Below are positions 16,074-24,974 of a stretch of 64,000 nt of DNA, one piece after another. The position numbers were made by a program, and so were the translations under genes. How positions within the stretch are numbered: position 1 is the stretch's first letter; the number at the start of each line of letters is the position of its first letter. The stretch comes from Frankiaceae bacterium (GTDB taxonomy: Bacteria; Actinomycetota; Actinomycetes; BP-191), in contig DASZER010000043.1 in the NCBI GenBank assembly GCA_035940575.1, positions 130,961 through 194,960 of the forward strand, given 5' to 3'. The notes under the pieces are model-generated. The model was not told the DNA's origin and searched no databases. It was given only the letters and a program-made list of their open reading frames with translations.

Positions 16074-17126
16074 TCATCGCAGCCCGAGCTCGGACGCCGC
16101 GCGGTCGGCGTCGACGGGGATCACGCGCGGCGGGGGCGCGCCGCTGATCGCCCACTCGGGGTCCTTCAGGCCGTGCCCCGTGACCGTGCAGACGACGCGG
16201 GAGCCGCGTTCGACGACGCCGTTCGCCGACGACATCAGCAGGCCCGCGACGGATGCCGCCGATGCCGGCTCCACGAACACCGCCTCGCGCCGGGCCAGCA
16301 GCCGGTACGCCTCGAGGATCTGCTTGTCGGTGACCGCCTCGATCGACCCGCCGCTCTCGTCGCGGGCGAGGATCGCGGTGTCCCACGACGCGGGGTTGCC
16401 GATGCGGATCGCGGTCGCGACGGTGACCGGCTTGGGCACCGGCTTGCCGGTGACGAGCGGCGCGGAGCCGGCCGCCTGGAAGCCGCGCATGACGGGCAGC
16501 GACGCGATCACGCCGTCGCGGGCGTACTCGCGGTAGCCCTTCCAGTAGGCGGTGATGTTGCCCGCGTTGCCGACGGGGAGGCAGTGCACGTCGGGCGCGC
16601 TCCCGAGGACGTCGCACACCTCGAACGCCGCCGACTTCTGACCCTCGATGCGGAACGGGTTGACGGAGTTCACGAGCGTCACGGGGTAGTTCTTCGCGAG
16701 GTCGCGCGCGAGGTCGAGGCACTCGTCGAAGTTGCCGTCGACCTGCAGCAAGGTCGCGCCGTGGACGAGCGCCTGCGCGAGCTTGCCGAGCGCGATCTTC
16801 CCCTGCGGCACGAGCACCGCGCAGACCAGGCCGGCCCGCGCGGCGTAGGCGGCCGCGGACGCGGACGTGTTGCCCGTCGACGCGCAGATGACGGCCTTGC
16901 TGCCCTCCTCGACGGCCTTCGTGATGGCCATCGTCATGCCGCGGTCCTTGAACGACCCGGTCGGGTTGGCGCCCTCGACCTTGAGCCAGACCGCGCAGCT
17001 GGTCCGCTCGGACAGGTACGGCGCGGGGACGAGCGGCGTGCCGCCCTCGAGCAGCGTGACGGGCCTGGTGTCCGGGTCGACCGGCAGCCGGTCCCTGTAC
17101 TCCTCGACGACGCCACGCCAGCCCAC
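16074..17126 (-). CDS. thrC: Threonine synthase
   Basis: Sub-ORF of track ORF 16074..18374 from GTG 17126, 350 aa. PLP-lysine motif [14 protein letters not shown] and [15 protein letters not shown]. Confidence 0.95.
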   Translation of the reverse strand: MGWRGVVEEYRDRLPVDPDTRPVTLLEGGTPLVPAPYLSERTSCAVWLKVEGANPTGSFKDRGMTMAITKAVEEGSKAVICASTGNTSASAAAYAARAGLVCAVLVPQGKIALGKLAQALVHGATLLQVDGNFDECLDLARDLAKNYPVTLVNSVNPFRIEGQKSAAFEVCDVLGSAPDVHCLPVGNAGNITAYWKGYREYARDGVIASLPVMRGFQAAGSAPLVTGKPVPKPVTVATAIRIGNPASWDTAILARDESGGSIEAVTDKQILEAYRLLARREAVFVEPASAASVAGLLMSSANGVVERGSRVVCTVTGHGLKDPEWAISGAPPPRVIPVDADRAASELGLR

Positions 17127-18406
17127 TAGCCCTCCACCCGCATGACGGACGCGACCGCCCGCACGACGTCCAGCGACCGCAGCGTCTCGACGGTCCTGCG
17201 CAGCGCGTCGTCGGTCGCGGTGTGCGTGACGAGCACGAGCGTCGCGTCGTCGCCGTGCCCCTCCTGGCGCACCGTGCCGATCGACACGTCGTTGTCCGCG
17301 AACGCCGTCGCTACCGCCGCGAGCACGCCCGCCTTGTCGGCGACGTCGAGGTTCACGTGGTAGCGCGTGCGGACCTCGCCCATCGGCAGCGGGCGCAGGT
17401 CGGCGTACGTCGACTCGCCCGCGCCGCGCGAGCCCGACGTGAGGTTGCGCGCCACCGCGACGACGTCGCCGAGCACCGCGCTCGCGGTCGGCGCGCCGCC
17501 CGCGCCGCGCCCGTAGAACATGAGCTGCCCGACCGACTCGCCCTCGACGAACACCGCGTTGAACGCCTCGCGCACCGACGCCAGCGGGTGCGTCGCCGGG
17601 ATCATCGCCGGGTGCACGCGGACCGAGACGCCGGTGTCGGTGCGCTCGCAGATCGCGAGGAGCTTCACGATCCGGCCCATCGCCTTCGCGCTCGCGATGT
17701 CGGCGGCCGTCACGTCCACGATCCCCTCGCGGTGCACGCCCTCGACCGTGACCCGCGTGTGGAACGCGATCGACGCGAGGATCGCCGCCTTCGCCGCCGC
17801 GTCGAACCCCTCGACGTCCGCGCTCGGGTCGGCCTCGGCGTAGCCGAGCGCCGTGGCCTCGTCCAGCGCCTCCGCGAACGACGCGCCGGTCTCGTCCATG
17901 CGCGTGAGGATGAAGTTCGTGGTGCCGTTGACGATGCCGAGGACGCGCGTGATGCGCTCGCCCGCGAGCGACTCCTTCAACGGTCGCAGCAGCGGGATGC
18001 CGCCCGCGACGCTCGCCTCGAAGTAGAGGTCCACGCCGGCCTTCGCGGCGGCGTCGTGGACGGTCGCGCCGTCGGAGGCGAGCAGCGCCTTGTTCGCCGT
18101 GACGACCGGGCGACCGCTCGCGAACGCGGCCAGCAGCAGCGACCGCGCGGGCTCGATGCCGCCGATGACCTCGACCACGATGTCGACGTCGTCGCGCGTG
18201 ACGAGTGCCGTCGCGTCGGTCGTGAACAGGTCGGGGTCGACGTCCAGGTCGCGGCGCAGCGCGGGGCGGCGGACGGCGATGCCCGCGAGCTCCAACGGCA
18301 CGCCGACGCGCGACGCGAGGTCGTCGCCCTGCTCGTGCAGGAGCCGTACGACCTCGCTGCCGACGACGCCGCACCCGAGCAGCGCGACGCGCAGCGGGCG
18401 CGTCAT
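17126..18406 (-). CDS. hom: Homoserine dehydrogenase
   Basis: Sub-ORF of track ORF 17126..18562 from ATG 18406 ([26 protein letters not shown]-binding), 426 aa. C-terminal ACT-like domain. Confidence 0.95.
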   Translation of the reverse strand: MTRPLRVALLGCGVVGSEVVRLLHEQGDDLASRVGVPLELAGIAVRRPALRRDLDVDPDLFTTDATALVTRDDVDIVVEVIGGIEPARSLLLAAFASGRPVVTANKALLASDGATVHDAAAKAGVDLYFEASVAGGIPLLRPLKESLAGERITRVLGIVNGTTNFILTRMDETGASFAEALDEATALGYAEADPSADVEGFDAAAKAAILASIAFHTRVTVEGVHREGIVDVTAADIASAKAMGRIVKLLAICERTDTGVSVRVHPAMIPATHPLASVREAFNAVFVEGESVGQLMFYGRGAGGAPTASAVLGDVVAVARNLTSGSRGAGESTYADLRPLPMGEVRTRYHVNLDVADKAGVLAAVATAFADNDVSIGTVRQEGHGDDATLVLVTHTATDDALRRTVETLRSLDVVRAVASVMRVEG

Positions 18407-18600
18407 GCGTCGTCCCCGGCGGCGTTCCTCAACGCCCGCGAGGCGGCGCGCGCGGCGACGGTCGCGAGCGCGATCACGACGGCGGAGGCGATGCCCCACA
18501 CGACGATCGCGCGGACCGACACGTCCTCGAACGTCGTCCCCCACAGCAGCGACAGCGCCCACAGCACGACGCCGAGGGTGAACGCGTTGCGGCGGCTCAT
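18403..18600 (-). CDS. Small two-helix membrane protein (hypothetical)
   Basis: Tail of track ORF 18403..21129, 65 aa: [69 protein letters not shown] overlaps with the lysA stop (18597) and with the hom start (18406). Confidence 0.5.
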   Translation of the reverse strand: MSRRNAFTLGVVLWALSLLWGTTFEDVSVRAIVVWGIASAVVIALATVAARAASRALRNAAGDDA

Positions 18601-19898
18601 ACGACGTCCAGGGCGAGCAGGTCGTCCTCGGTCTCGCGGCGCACGATCAGCCGCGCGGCGCCGTCCTTGACGGCGACGACGGGCGGGCGCGGCACGTGGT
18701 TGTAGTTGCTCGCCATCGCGCGGCAGTACGCGCCGGTGGCGGGCACGGCGACGAGGTCGCCAGGCCGCAGGTCGGCGGGCAGCGGAACGTCTCGCACGAC
18801 GAGGTCGCCGCTCTCGCAGTGCTTCCCGCAGAGCGTGACGCGCTTGGGGTCGGCGTCGGAACGCCGCGAGGCGAGGCGCGCGGTGTAGTGCGCGTCGTAG
18901 AGGACGGTGCGGATGTTGTCGCTCATGCCGCCGTCCACGGAGACGTACGTCCGCAGGCCGGGCAGCTCCTTGACGGTGCCGACCTCGTAGAGCGTGACCG
19001 TCGTGGGACCGACGATCGCGCGGCCCGGCTCGACGGTCAGGCGCGGGGCCGGGATGCCCGCGGCGGCGGCCTCGTCGGCGACGTGCCCGAGGAGGCGTTC
19101 GGCGAACTCCGGCACGGGCAGCGGCGCGTCCTCGGACGTGTACGCGATGCCGAGGCCGCCGCCGAGGTTCAGCTCCGCGACGTCCTCCTCGATCGCGTCG
19201 TGAACCGAGGCGAGCAGCCCGATCATCCGGTGCGCGGCGAGCGCGAAGCCCTGCGTCTCGAAGATCTGCGAGCCGATGTGCGCGTGCAGCCCGCCGAGCC
19301 GCAGCGACGGCGCCTCGGCCACCGCGGCGACGGCCTTCGCCGCCGCGCCCGCCGCGACCGAGAAGCCGAACTTCTGGTCCTCCTGGCCCGTCTGCACGTA
19401 CTCGTGCGTGTGCGCCTCGACGCCAGGCGTCACGCGGACCAGCACAGGCTGCGTCACGCCCGCGTCGGCGGCGATCGTGGCGAGGCGTTCGATCTCCTCG
19501 AACGAGTCCACGACCACGCGCCCCACGCGGTGCTCGACCGCGCGGCGCAGCTCCGGCAGCGACTTGTTGTTGCCGTGGAACGTCACCCGCTCCATCGGGA
19601 AGCCCGCGCGCACCGCGACCGCCAGCTCGCCGCCGGTGCAGACGTCGAGGCCGAGGCCGTCCTCCTCCACCCACCGCACGACGGCGTGGCAGAGGAACGC
19701 CTTGCCGGCGTAGTACGCGTTGCCCTCGCCGAACGCGTCCCGCCACGCCCGCGCGCGCTCGCGCAGGTCGGCCTCGTCGAGGACGAACGCCGGCGTGCCG
19801 AACTCGCGCGCGAGGTCGCGCACCGCGACGCCGCCGAGGACGAGCGCGCCCGACGCGTCGGTCGTGGCGGTGGCGGGCCAGACGGACGGCTCCAGCAC
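18597..19898 (-). CDS. lysA: Diaminopimelate decarboxylase
   Basis: 433 aa. YAGKAF PLP-lysine region, HIGSQ, and the CESGD motif (CGKHCESGDLV). Confidence 0.95.
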   Translation of the reverse strand: MLEPSVWPATATTDASGALVLGGVAVRDLAREFGTPAFVLDEADLRERARAWRDAFGEGNAYYAGKAFLCHAVVRWVEEDGLGLDVCTGGELAVAVRAGFPMERVTFHGNNKSLPELRRAVEHRVGRVVVDSFEEIERLATIAADAGVTQPVLVRVTPGVEAHTHEYVQTGQEDQKFGFSVAAGAAAKAVAAVAEAPSLRLGGLHAHIGSQIFETQGFALAAHRMIGLLASVHDAIEEDVAELNLGGGLGIAYTSEDAPLPVPEFAERLLGHVADEAAAAGIPAPRLTVEPGRAIVGPTTVTLYEVGTVKELPGLRTYVSVDGGMSDNIRTVLYDAHYTARLASRRSDADPKRVTLCGKHCESGDLVVRDVPLPADLRPGDLVAVPATGAYCRAMASNYNHVPRPPVVAVKDGAARLIVRRETEDDLLALDVV

Positions 19899-19901
19899 GG
19901 C

Positions 19902-21539
19902 CTACATCCGTTCCGGGGCGGTCACCCCGAGCAGCGCGAGCCCGTTGGCGAGGACCGTCCGCGTCGCCTCGCACAGCCACAGCCGCGCCCTCGTCACCTC
20001 GGGCTCCGGGCCGCTCTCGCCCGGCAGCACGCGGCACGCGTCGTAGAAGCGGTGGTAGACGCCGGCGAGCTCCTCGAGGTAGCGCGCGACGCGGTGCGGC
20101 GCGTCGAGCTCGGCCGCGGTGCGCACGATCCGCGGGAACTCCCCGAGCGCGCGCAGCAGGTCGCCCTCGCGCTCGTGGGAGAGCAGCGACGCGTCGTAGG
20201 AGTCGCCTCGCTCGACGCCGAGGTCGGCGGCGTTGCGCAGCAGCGACGCGATGCGGGCGTGCGCGTACTGGACGTAGAAGACGGGGTTCTCGGGGTCGTG
20301 GCGCGTCACGAGGTCGATGTCGAGCGTGAGGTCGGAGTCCATCGACTGGCGGACGAGCGAGTACCGCGCGGCGTCGTTGCCCACGGCGCCGACGAGGTCG
20401 TCGAACGCGACGAACGTCCCCGCGCGCTTGCTCATCCGCACGGGAGCGCCGCCCTGCACGAGGTTGACCATCTGCCCGATCAGCAGGTCGAAGTCGCGCT
20501 CGGGGTCGTCGCCGTAGCAGGCGACCATCGCCTTCATGCGGCCGGTGTAGCCGTGGTGGTCGGCGCCGACCTGGATGACGACCTTCTCCGCGCCGCGCTC
20601 GCGCTTGTCGAGGTAGTACGCGCAGTCGGCGGCGAAGTACGTCGGCGCGCCGTCGGAGCGCACGAGCACGCGGTCCTTGTCGTCGCCGAAGTCGGTCGTG
20701 CGCAGCCAGATCGCGCCCTCCTCCTCGAAGACGCGGCCCTGCGCGCGGAACCGCTCGACCGCCTTCGCGATCTCGCCGGACTCGTGGAGGGAGCGTTCGG
20801 AGAACCACACGTCGAACTCCACGCCGAACGCCTTGAGCGTGGCCTGGATCTCGCCGAGCAGGATCGCCAGGCCGCGCTCCTTGAACACGCTCAGCGCGTC
20901 GTCGCGGTCGAGCAGGTCCGGCTGCTCGGCGAGGATCTTCGCGGCGGTCTCGGCGATGTACTCGCCGTGGTAGCCGTTCTCCGGGACGTCCTCGCCCTTG
21001 GCGCGGGCGAGCAGCGACGCGGCGAGGCGGTCGGTCTGCGCGCCGGCGTCGTTGACGTAGAACTCGCGCGTGACGTCGTAGCCGGTGGCGGTGAGCAGGC
21101 GGCCGAGCGCGTCGCCGCAGGCGGCCCACCGCGCGTGGCCGAGGTGCATCGGGCCCGTCGGGTTGGCGCTGACGAACTCCAGGTTGACCCTCCGCCTGCC
21201 GCCCGCGTCGCTGCGGCCGTACGCCTCGCCGGCCTCCACGACCGTACGCGCGAGCCGCCCGAGGGCGTCGTCGGCGAGGGTGATGTTGAGGAAGCCGGGG
21301 CCGGCGACGTCGACCTTGTCCACGCCGTCGTGCGCCGCGATGCGCGCGGCGAGCGCGGTCGCGACGTCGCGCGGCGGCCTGCCGAGCGGCTTCGCGAGCT
21401 GGAGCGCGACGTTGGTGGCGTAGTCGCCGTGCTCGCGCTGGCGCGGGCGCTCGACGACGACGGGGGCGGTCAGCGTGCCGGGGCCGAACTCCTCCGACAC
21501 GGCGTCCGCGACGATGCTCGCGAGGTCGGCCGGGGTCAT
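19902..21539 (-). CDS. argS: Arginine--tRNA ligase
   Basis: 545 aa. Class I HIGH motif [14 protein letters not shown] and a C-terminal DALR anticodon-binding region. Confidence 0.95.
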   Translation of the reverse strand: MTPADLASIVADAVSEEFGPGTLTAPVVVERPRQREHGDYATNVALQLAKPLGRPPRDVATALAARIAAHDGVDKVDVAGPGFLNITLADDALGRLARTVVEAGEAYGRSDAGGRRRVNLEFVSANPTGPMHLGHARWAACGDALGRLLTATGYDVTREFYVNDAGAQTDRLAASLLARAKGEDVPENGYHGEYIAETAAKILAEQPDLLDRDDALSVFKERGLAILLGEIQATLKAFGVEFDVWFSERSLHESGEIAKAVERFRAQGRVFEEEGAIWLRTTDFGDDKDRVLVRSDGAPTYFAADCAYYLDKRERGAEKVVIQVGADHHGYTGRMKAMVACYGDDPERDFDLLIGQMVNLVQGGAPVRMSKRAGTFVAFDDLVGAVGNDAARYSLVRQSMDSDLTLDIDLVTRHDPENPVFYVQYAHARIASLLRNAADLGVERGDSYDASLLSHEREGDLLRALGEFPRIVRTAAELDAPHRVARYLEELAGVYHRFYDACRVLPGESGPEPEVTRARLWLCEATRTVLANGLALLGVTAPERM

Positions 21540-21559
21540 GGCCAGAGGCTATCGGAGCG

Positions 21560-21931
21560 CTACTTCTCCGCGAGCGCCCGTACCGCCTCTACCAGCTCGT
21601 CGGGGTCGAACGGCTTCGTGAGGTACAGGTCCACGCCGATGCCCTTGCCGCGCCGCAGGTCCGCCTCCTGCGCGCGGGCGCTCAGCAGGATCACCTTGAT
21701 GTGCGCGGTGTCGGGGTCGTTGCGCAGCCGCTCGGCCGTCTCCCAGCCGTCGAGGCGCGGCATCATGATGTCCAACGTGATCACGGCCGGGTCGACGTCG
21801 CGCACCTTGTCCAGCGCGTCCTGGCCGTCGTCGGCGGTGTGCACGTCGTAGCCCTCGAGCTCGAGGTTCACGCAGATGAGCTGCCGGATCACCGGGTCGT
21901 CGTCGACCACGAGCACGCGTTCACCGGCCAC
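21560..21931 (-). CDS. Receiver-only (CheY-like) response regulator
   Basis: 123 aa, GTG start. VLVVDDDPVIR, phospho-acceptor context ITLDIMMPRLDG, and conserved YLTKPF. No output domain. Confidence 0.85.
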   Translation of the reverse strand: MAGERVLVVDDDPVIRQLICVNLELEGYDVHTADDGQDALDKVRDVDPAVITLDIMMPRLDGWETAERLRNDPDTAHIKVILLSARAQEADLRRGKGIGVDLYLTKPFDPDELVEAVRALAEK

Positions 21932-21969
21932 GGTCGCAGGCTACATCGCGTAGCATCGCCTGGTCCCTG

Positions 21970-22044
21970 GCCCCCGTAGCTCAGGGGATAGAGCACCGCC
22001 CTCCGGAGGCGGGTGCGTAGGTTCGAATCCTACCGGGGGCACCA
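21970..22044 (+). tRNA. tRNA-Arg (anticodon CCG), CCA encoded
   Basis: GCCCCCG/CGGGGGC acceptor stem, D arm GCTCAGGGGATAGAGC, anticodon loop CTCCGGA (CCG), T arm GTAGGTTCGAATCCTAC, discriminator A, then CCA. Confidence 0.9.
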
Positions 22045-22201
22045 ACCTCGTCGTGCCGTGGCCCGACCCCGACGAGAAGCAAGGCAGACCGGGCGATGCC
22101 ACGGCGCGGCACACCGCGCAGCGTCGTCGTCGTAGCAGCCGATCAGTCGGCCGGTGCCGGAGCGGCGACTCGTGCCGCTCGGCTCGTTCGCCCCGCAATG
22201 A

Positions 22202-22233
22202 GGCAGAGCCGCGGAGATGTCCGCGGCTCTGCC
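22202..22233. terminator. Perfect 13-bp stem hairpin, candidate bidirectional intrinsic terminator
   Basis: GGCAGAGCCGCGG-agatgt-CCGCGGCTCTGCC. It lies between the 3' end of tRNA-Arg (+) and the 3' end of the eCIS operon (-). No clear U-tract on either strand. Confidence 0.5.
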
Positions 22234-22244
22234 GATGAACTGAA

Positions 22245-22277
22245 TGCTCCACGCCGGGAGTCGAACCCGTACGGACC
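22245..22277 (-). other. tRNA-like 3' fragment (T-arm plus acceptor-like tail), not an intact tRNA
   Basis: The minus strand reads GGTCCGTACGGGTTCGACTCCCGGCGTGGAGCA, where CGGG-TTCGACT-CCCG is a canonical T-arm. I could not build a matching D arm, anticodon arm or 5' acceptor strand upstream. Confidence 0.3.
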
Positions 22278-22406
22278 ACACCACACGAACACACGGGAAA
22301 ACTAGACCGAGAGCACGCGCAGAAACCGATCGAAGCCCGCGACAACCACGTCAATCTGCTGGAAGCAGGGCGAGCGTACGCCTCCGAAAACGCCCTGTGA
22401 AGAGCC

Positions 22407-24974
22407 TCAACGGAAGTTCCTCGTCCCGGCGAGGCCGGCGGGCGCGTCGATGCTCTGGCCGGCGCCCGCCGCCATGGTCTCGTCGACGAGCCACATGCGG
22501 TGGTCGGCGTCCGGAACGGGCGCGACGGGGCAGACGCGCACGCCCGTCGAGAACCCCTCGAGGCTCGACTGGCGCACGAGGACGAACGGCCCCAGGACGC
22601 CGTGCACGCGGATGCCGTCGACCTTGTCGAGGGTGCCGCCGTAGAAGAGCCCGGGACGCACGAGCGTGGCGACGGTGTCGGTGACGTGGACGCTGCGTGC
22701 GTTGCCGACGAAGACGCCGTGCCGCTCGCGCGTGTACGACGCCGGGACCCGGGAGTGCACGACGTTGCGCGAGACGACGACCTCGCGCGCCTGCTCGCGG
22801 CCGGAACGCCGCGCGTGCGACGCGCCGACGTGGATGCCCTGGATGGCGTTCTCCACGACGTTGTCGTGGACTCGCACGGTGCCGACGGTCGTTCCCGCGA
22901 CGACGATGCCCTGGCCGGCCGCGGCGAGCGACGAGACGAACGCGAGGACGCCGGAGCGCGTGGTGGCCGACAGGCGCTCGAACGCGTCGGGACGCAGCGT
23001 CGCGCGGAGGAACTTCCGGATCTCCGAGAGTCTGCTTCGCGGTGGCCGCGGCAGCCCCGACTCGTGCTCGCGGTACTCGCTCGTGAGCGGCGCGGCGCGG
23101 CGCGCGGTCGCCATCTCCGCGAGGCGCATGCGGCCCGACGTGACTCCCGACGACGCGAGGATCGCGCGCGCGAGGTCGTGGACGACGACGTCCTGGCGAC
23201 CGCTCAGTAGCGTGTCGGCCCTGCCGGTGGGGACGTGACGGAGCTGGTTGCGCGCGACGTACGCGTCGGCGGCATCGGTCACGAGGACGCCGGTCTGCCA
23301 CGTGCCGATCTCGAGTGTGTTGCCGGTGACGGAGACGCGCTGCGAGGGCTCGTCGTCGGAGCCGCGCACGACGACGCACGCCTGGTCGCGAACGCTCGCG
23401 TCCGGGCAGGCGACCTCGCAGTCGTCGACCGCGATGCCTGAGCACCGGAGGAACGTCAGCGCGCCGCCGATGCCCTCGCCCTCGGTCGCGCCGGCGTCGC
23501 CGACGACGCGCAGGTGGCGTACGGCGACGTCGGAGGAGCGGTCGAACAGCAGCACCGTCTCCGAGCCCACGGAACGCAGGACCGTCGCCGGGCCGACGCC
23601 GGTGACGACGACGCGCCGGCGGTTCGCGATCCGGACCGGCTCGCGTACGACGTGCTCGCCCGCCGCGACGCAGACCTCGCCGCCGCTCGGGGGCAGCGAG
23701 TCGACGGCCACCTGGAGGTCGTCGCCAGGGAACACCGTGACGGTGCACGTCCCCGCGCCGTCCACGTCGACGAGCGAGCGGAACCGCGGCCGGCAGTCGT
23801 GCAGCACGGTCCCCGCGTCGAGGTCGAGCAGCGCGAGCGGGGCGAACGCGTGCGCGATCCCGTCGGGCGCGGCGGCGACGCGGCGCTCGACGCCGGGGGC
23901 CGCGCCGCTGCGCAGCCGCGCGCCCCACCAGTCGCCCGCGAGGTACGTCCCGTCCCCGGCCGTGAAGCGCAGCCCGAGGTCCGTGGCCGCGGGGCCGATC
24001 GTCGCGGCAACGGCGGCCACCGGGCCGACGACCTCGCCGTCCCAGCGGCGCACGACGAGGCCGTCGGCGCCCGCGGGCGCGGTGACCGCGCGGTCGAGAG
24101 TGAGGACGTCGCCGGCGGCGGAGGAGCTCGGGTTCACGACGCGGTACAGCGCGCCGTGCGGCAGCCGGTCCGCGCGCCGCGCGAGCCACGACACCTCGAC
24201 GAGCTCGTCCGTCGAGAACTTCACCGACGCCGACGGCTCCAACGTCACGGTGTCGCCGGCGACGGAACGGACGGCGACGGAGGCGGCGCCGTTCTCGACG
24301 GACCAGGCGAACCGCGCGTTGCTCCGCGAGCCTCCGTCGAGCACCTCGACGCGGAACAGCCCCTCGGGCAGCAGGCCGAGCGGGTCCCCCGGCGGGTCGC
24401 ACGGGTCGGTCGTCGTGGTGGGCGCGGCCGAGTCGATCGTGAGGCGGCCGGTCGACTCCGACGGCATGCCCAGCGCGGCGAACGCCGCGGTGCACGTCGT
24501 CGCGGTCGTCGGCGCGACGCGCACGCGGTAGCCGACGCGCGCCCGCGCGCAGGACTCGACAGGCGCGATGGCCGGGTCGACGAGCTCGCCGGGGCGTTCG
24601 CTCGGCTGGACGTGCTCGAGGAAGACGTCGAGGAACGCCAGCACGCGGCCCGCGCCGATCGGCGCCACCTGGGCCTGCTCGGCGTAGCGGAACGACGCCG
24701 GGGCGAACGCCTCCCATCCGTCCACCCACATGCGCCCTGGCTGCACGAGCAGGTCGCGCGGCGTCGAGCCGAGGACCGACACGCGGAACGCGTCGCTGCC
24801 CTCGACGACGCCGGCCGGGCCGACGACGTCGCGCATGGCGTGGGCGGAACGGCGCGCGTCGGCGTCGGCGTTGAGGTTCCACTCGTGGTCCAGCAGCACG
24901 CGGCCCTGTTGCATCCGCGCGGCGGTCCACCGGTCGTCGCGGCGCAGCGGCACCGCGGTGTAGTCGCCGGTCAT
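22407..24974 (-). CDS. DUF6519-type N-terminal domain plus right-handed beta-helix protein; candidate eCIS tail fibre / receptor-binding protein
   Basis: 855 aa, last gene of the operon. The N-terminus MTGDYTAVPLRRDDRWTAARMQQGRVLLDHEWNLNAD matches the DUF6519 signature (QQGRV.LD..WN). The C-terminal half has parallel beta-helix style repeats (NVVENAIQGIHVG, VVSRNVVHS, VFVGNARSVHVTD). Confidence 0.7.
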   Translation of the reverse strand: MTGDYTAVPLRRDDRWTAARMQQGRVLLDHEWNLNADADARRSAHAMRDVVGPAGVVEGSDAFRVSVLGSTPRDLLVQPGRMWVDGWEAFAPASFRYAEQAQVAPIGAGRVLAFLDVFLEHVQPSERPGELVDPAIAPVESCARARVGYRVRVAPTTATTCTAAFAALGMPSESTGRLTIDSAAPTTTTDPCDPPGDPLGLLPEGLFRVEVLDGGSRSNARFAWSVENGAASVAVRSVAGDTVTLEPSASVKFSTDELVEVSWLARRADRLPHGALYRVVNPSSSAAGDVLTLDRAVTAPAGADGLVVRRWDGEVVGPVAAVAATIGPAATDLGLRFTAGDGTYLAGDWWGARLRSGAAPGVERRVAAAPDGIAHAFAPLALLDLDAGTVLHDCRPRFRSLVDVDGAGTCTVTVFPGDDLQVAVDSLPPSGGEVCVAAGEHVVREPVRIANRRRVVVTGVGPATVLRSVGSETVLLFDRSSDVAVRHLRVVGDAGATEGEGIGGALTFLRCSGIAVDDCEVACPDASVRDQACVVVRGSDDEPSQRVSVTGNTLEIGTWQTGVLVTDAADAYVARNQLRHVPTGRADTLLSGRQDVVVHDLARAILASSGVTSGRMRLAEMATARRAAPLTSEYREHESGLPRPPRSRLSEIRKFLRATLRPDAFERLSATTRSGVLAFVSSLAAAGQGIVVAGTTVGTVRVHDNVVENAIQGIHVGASHARRSGREQAREVVVSRNVVHSRVPASYTRERHGVFVGNARSVHVTDTVATLVRPGLFYGGTLDKVDGIRVHGVLGPFVLVRQSSLEGFSTGVRVCPVAPVPDADHRMWLVDETMAAGAGQSIDAPAGLAGTRNFR

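Noticed and set aside
18696-21851. 1051-aa plus-strand ORF antisense to lysA and argS
   Set aside because: Same compositional artefact. lysA and argS are unambiguous on the minus strand.
22245-22317. Possible complete tRNA gene on the minus strand
   Set aside because: The T-arm is canonical, but I could not pair a 7-bp acceptor stem (at best 5 bp) or find D and anticodon arms in the ~71 nt upstream. Reported only as a fragment.
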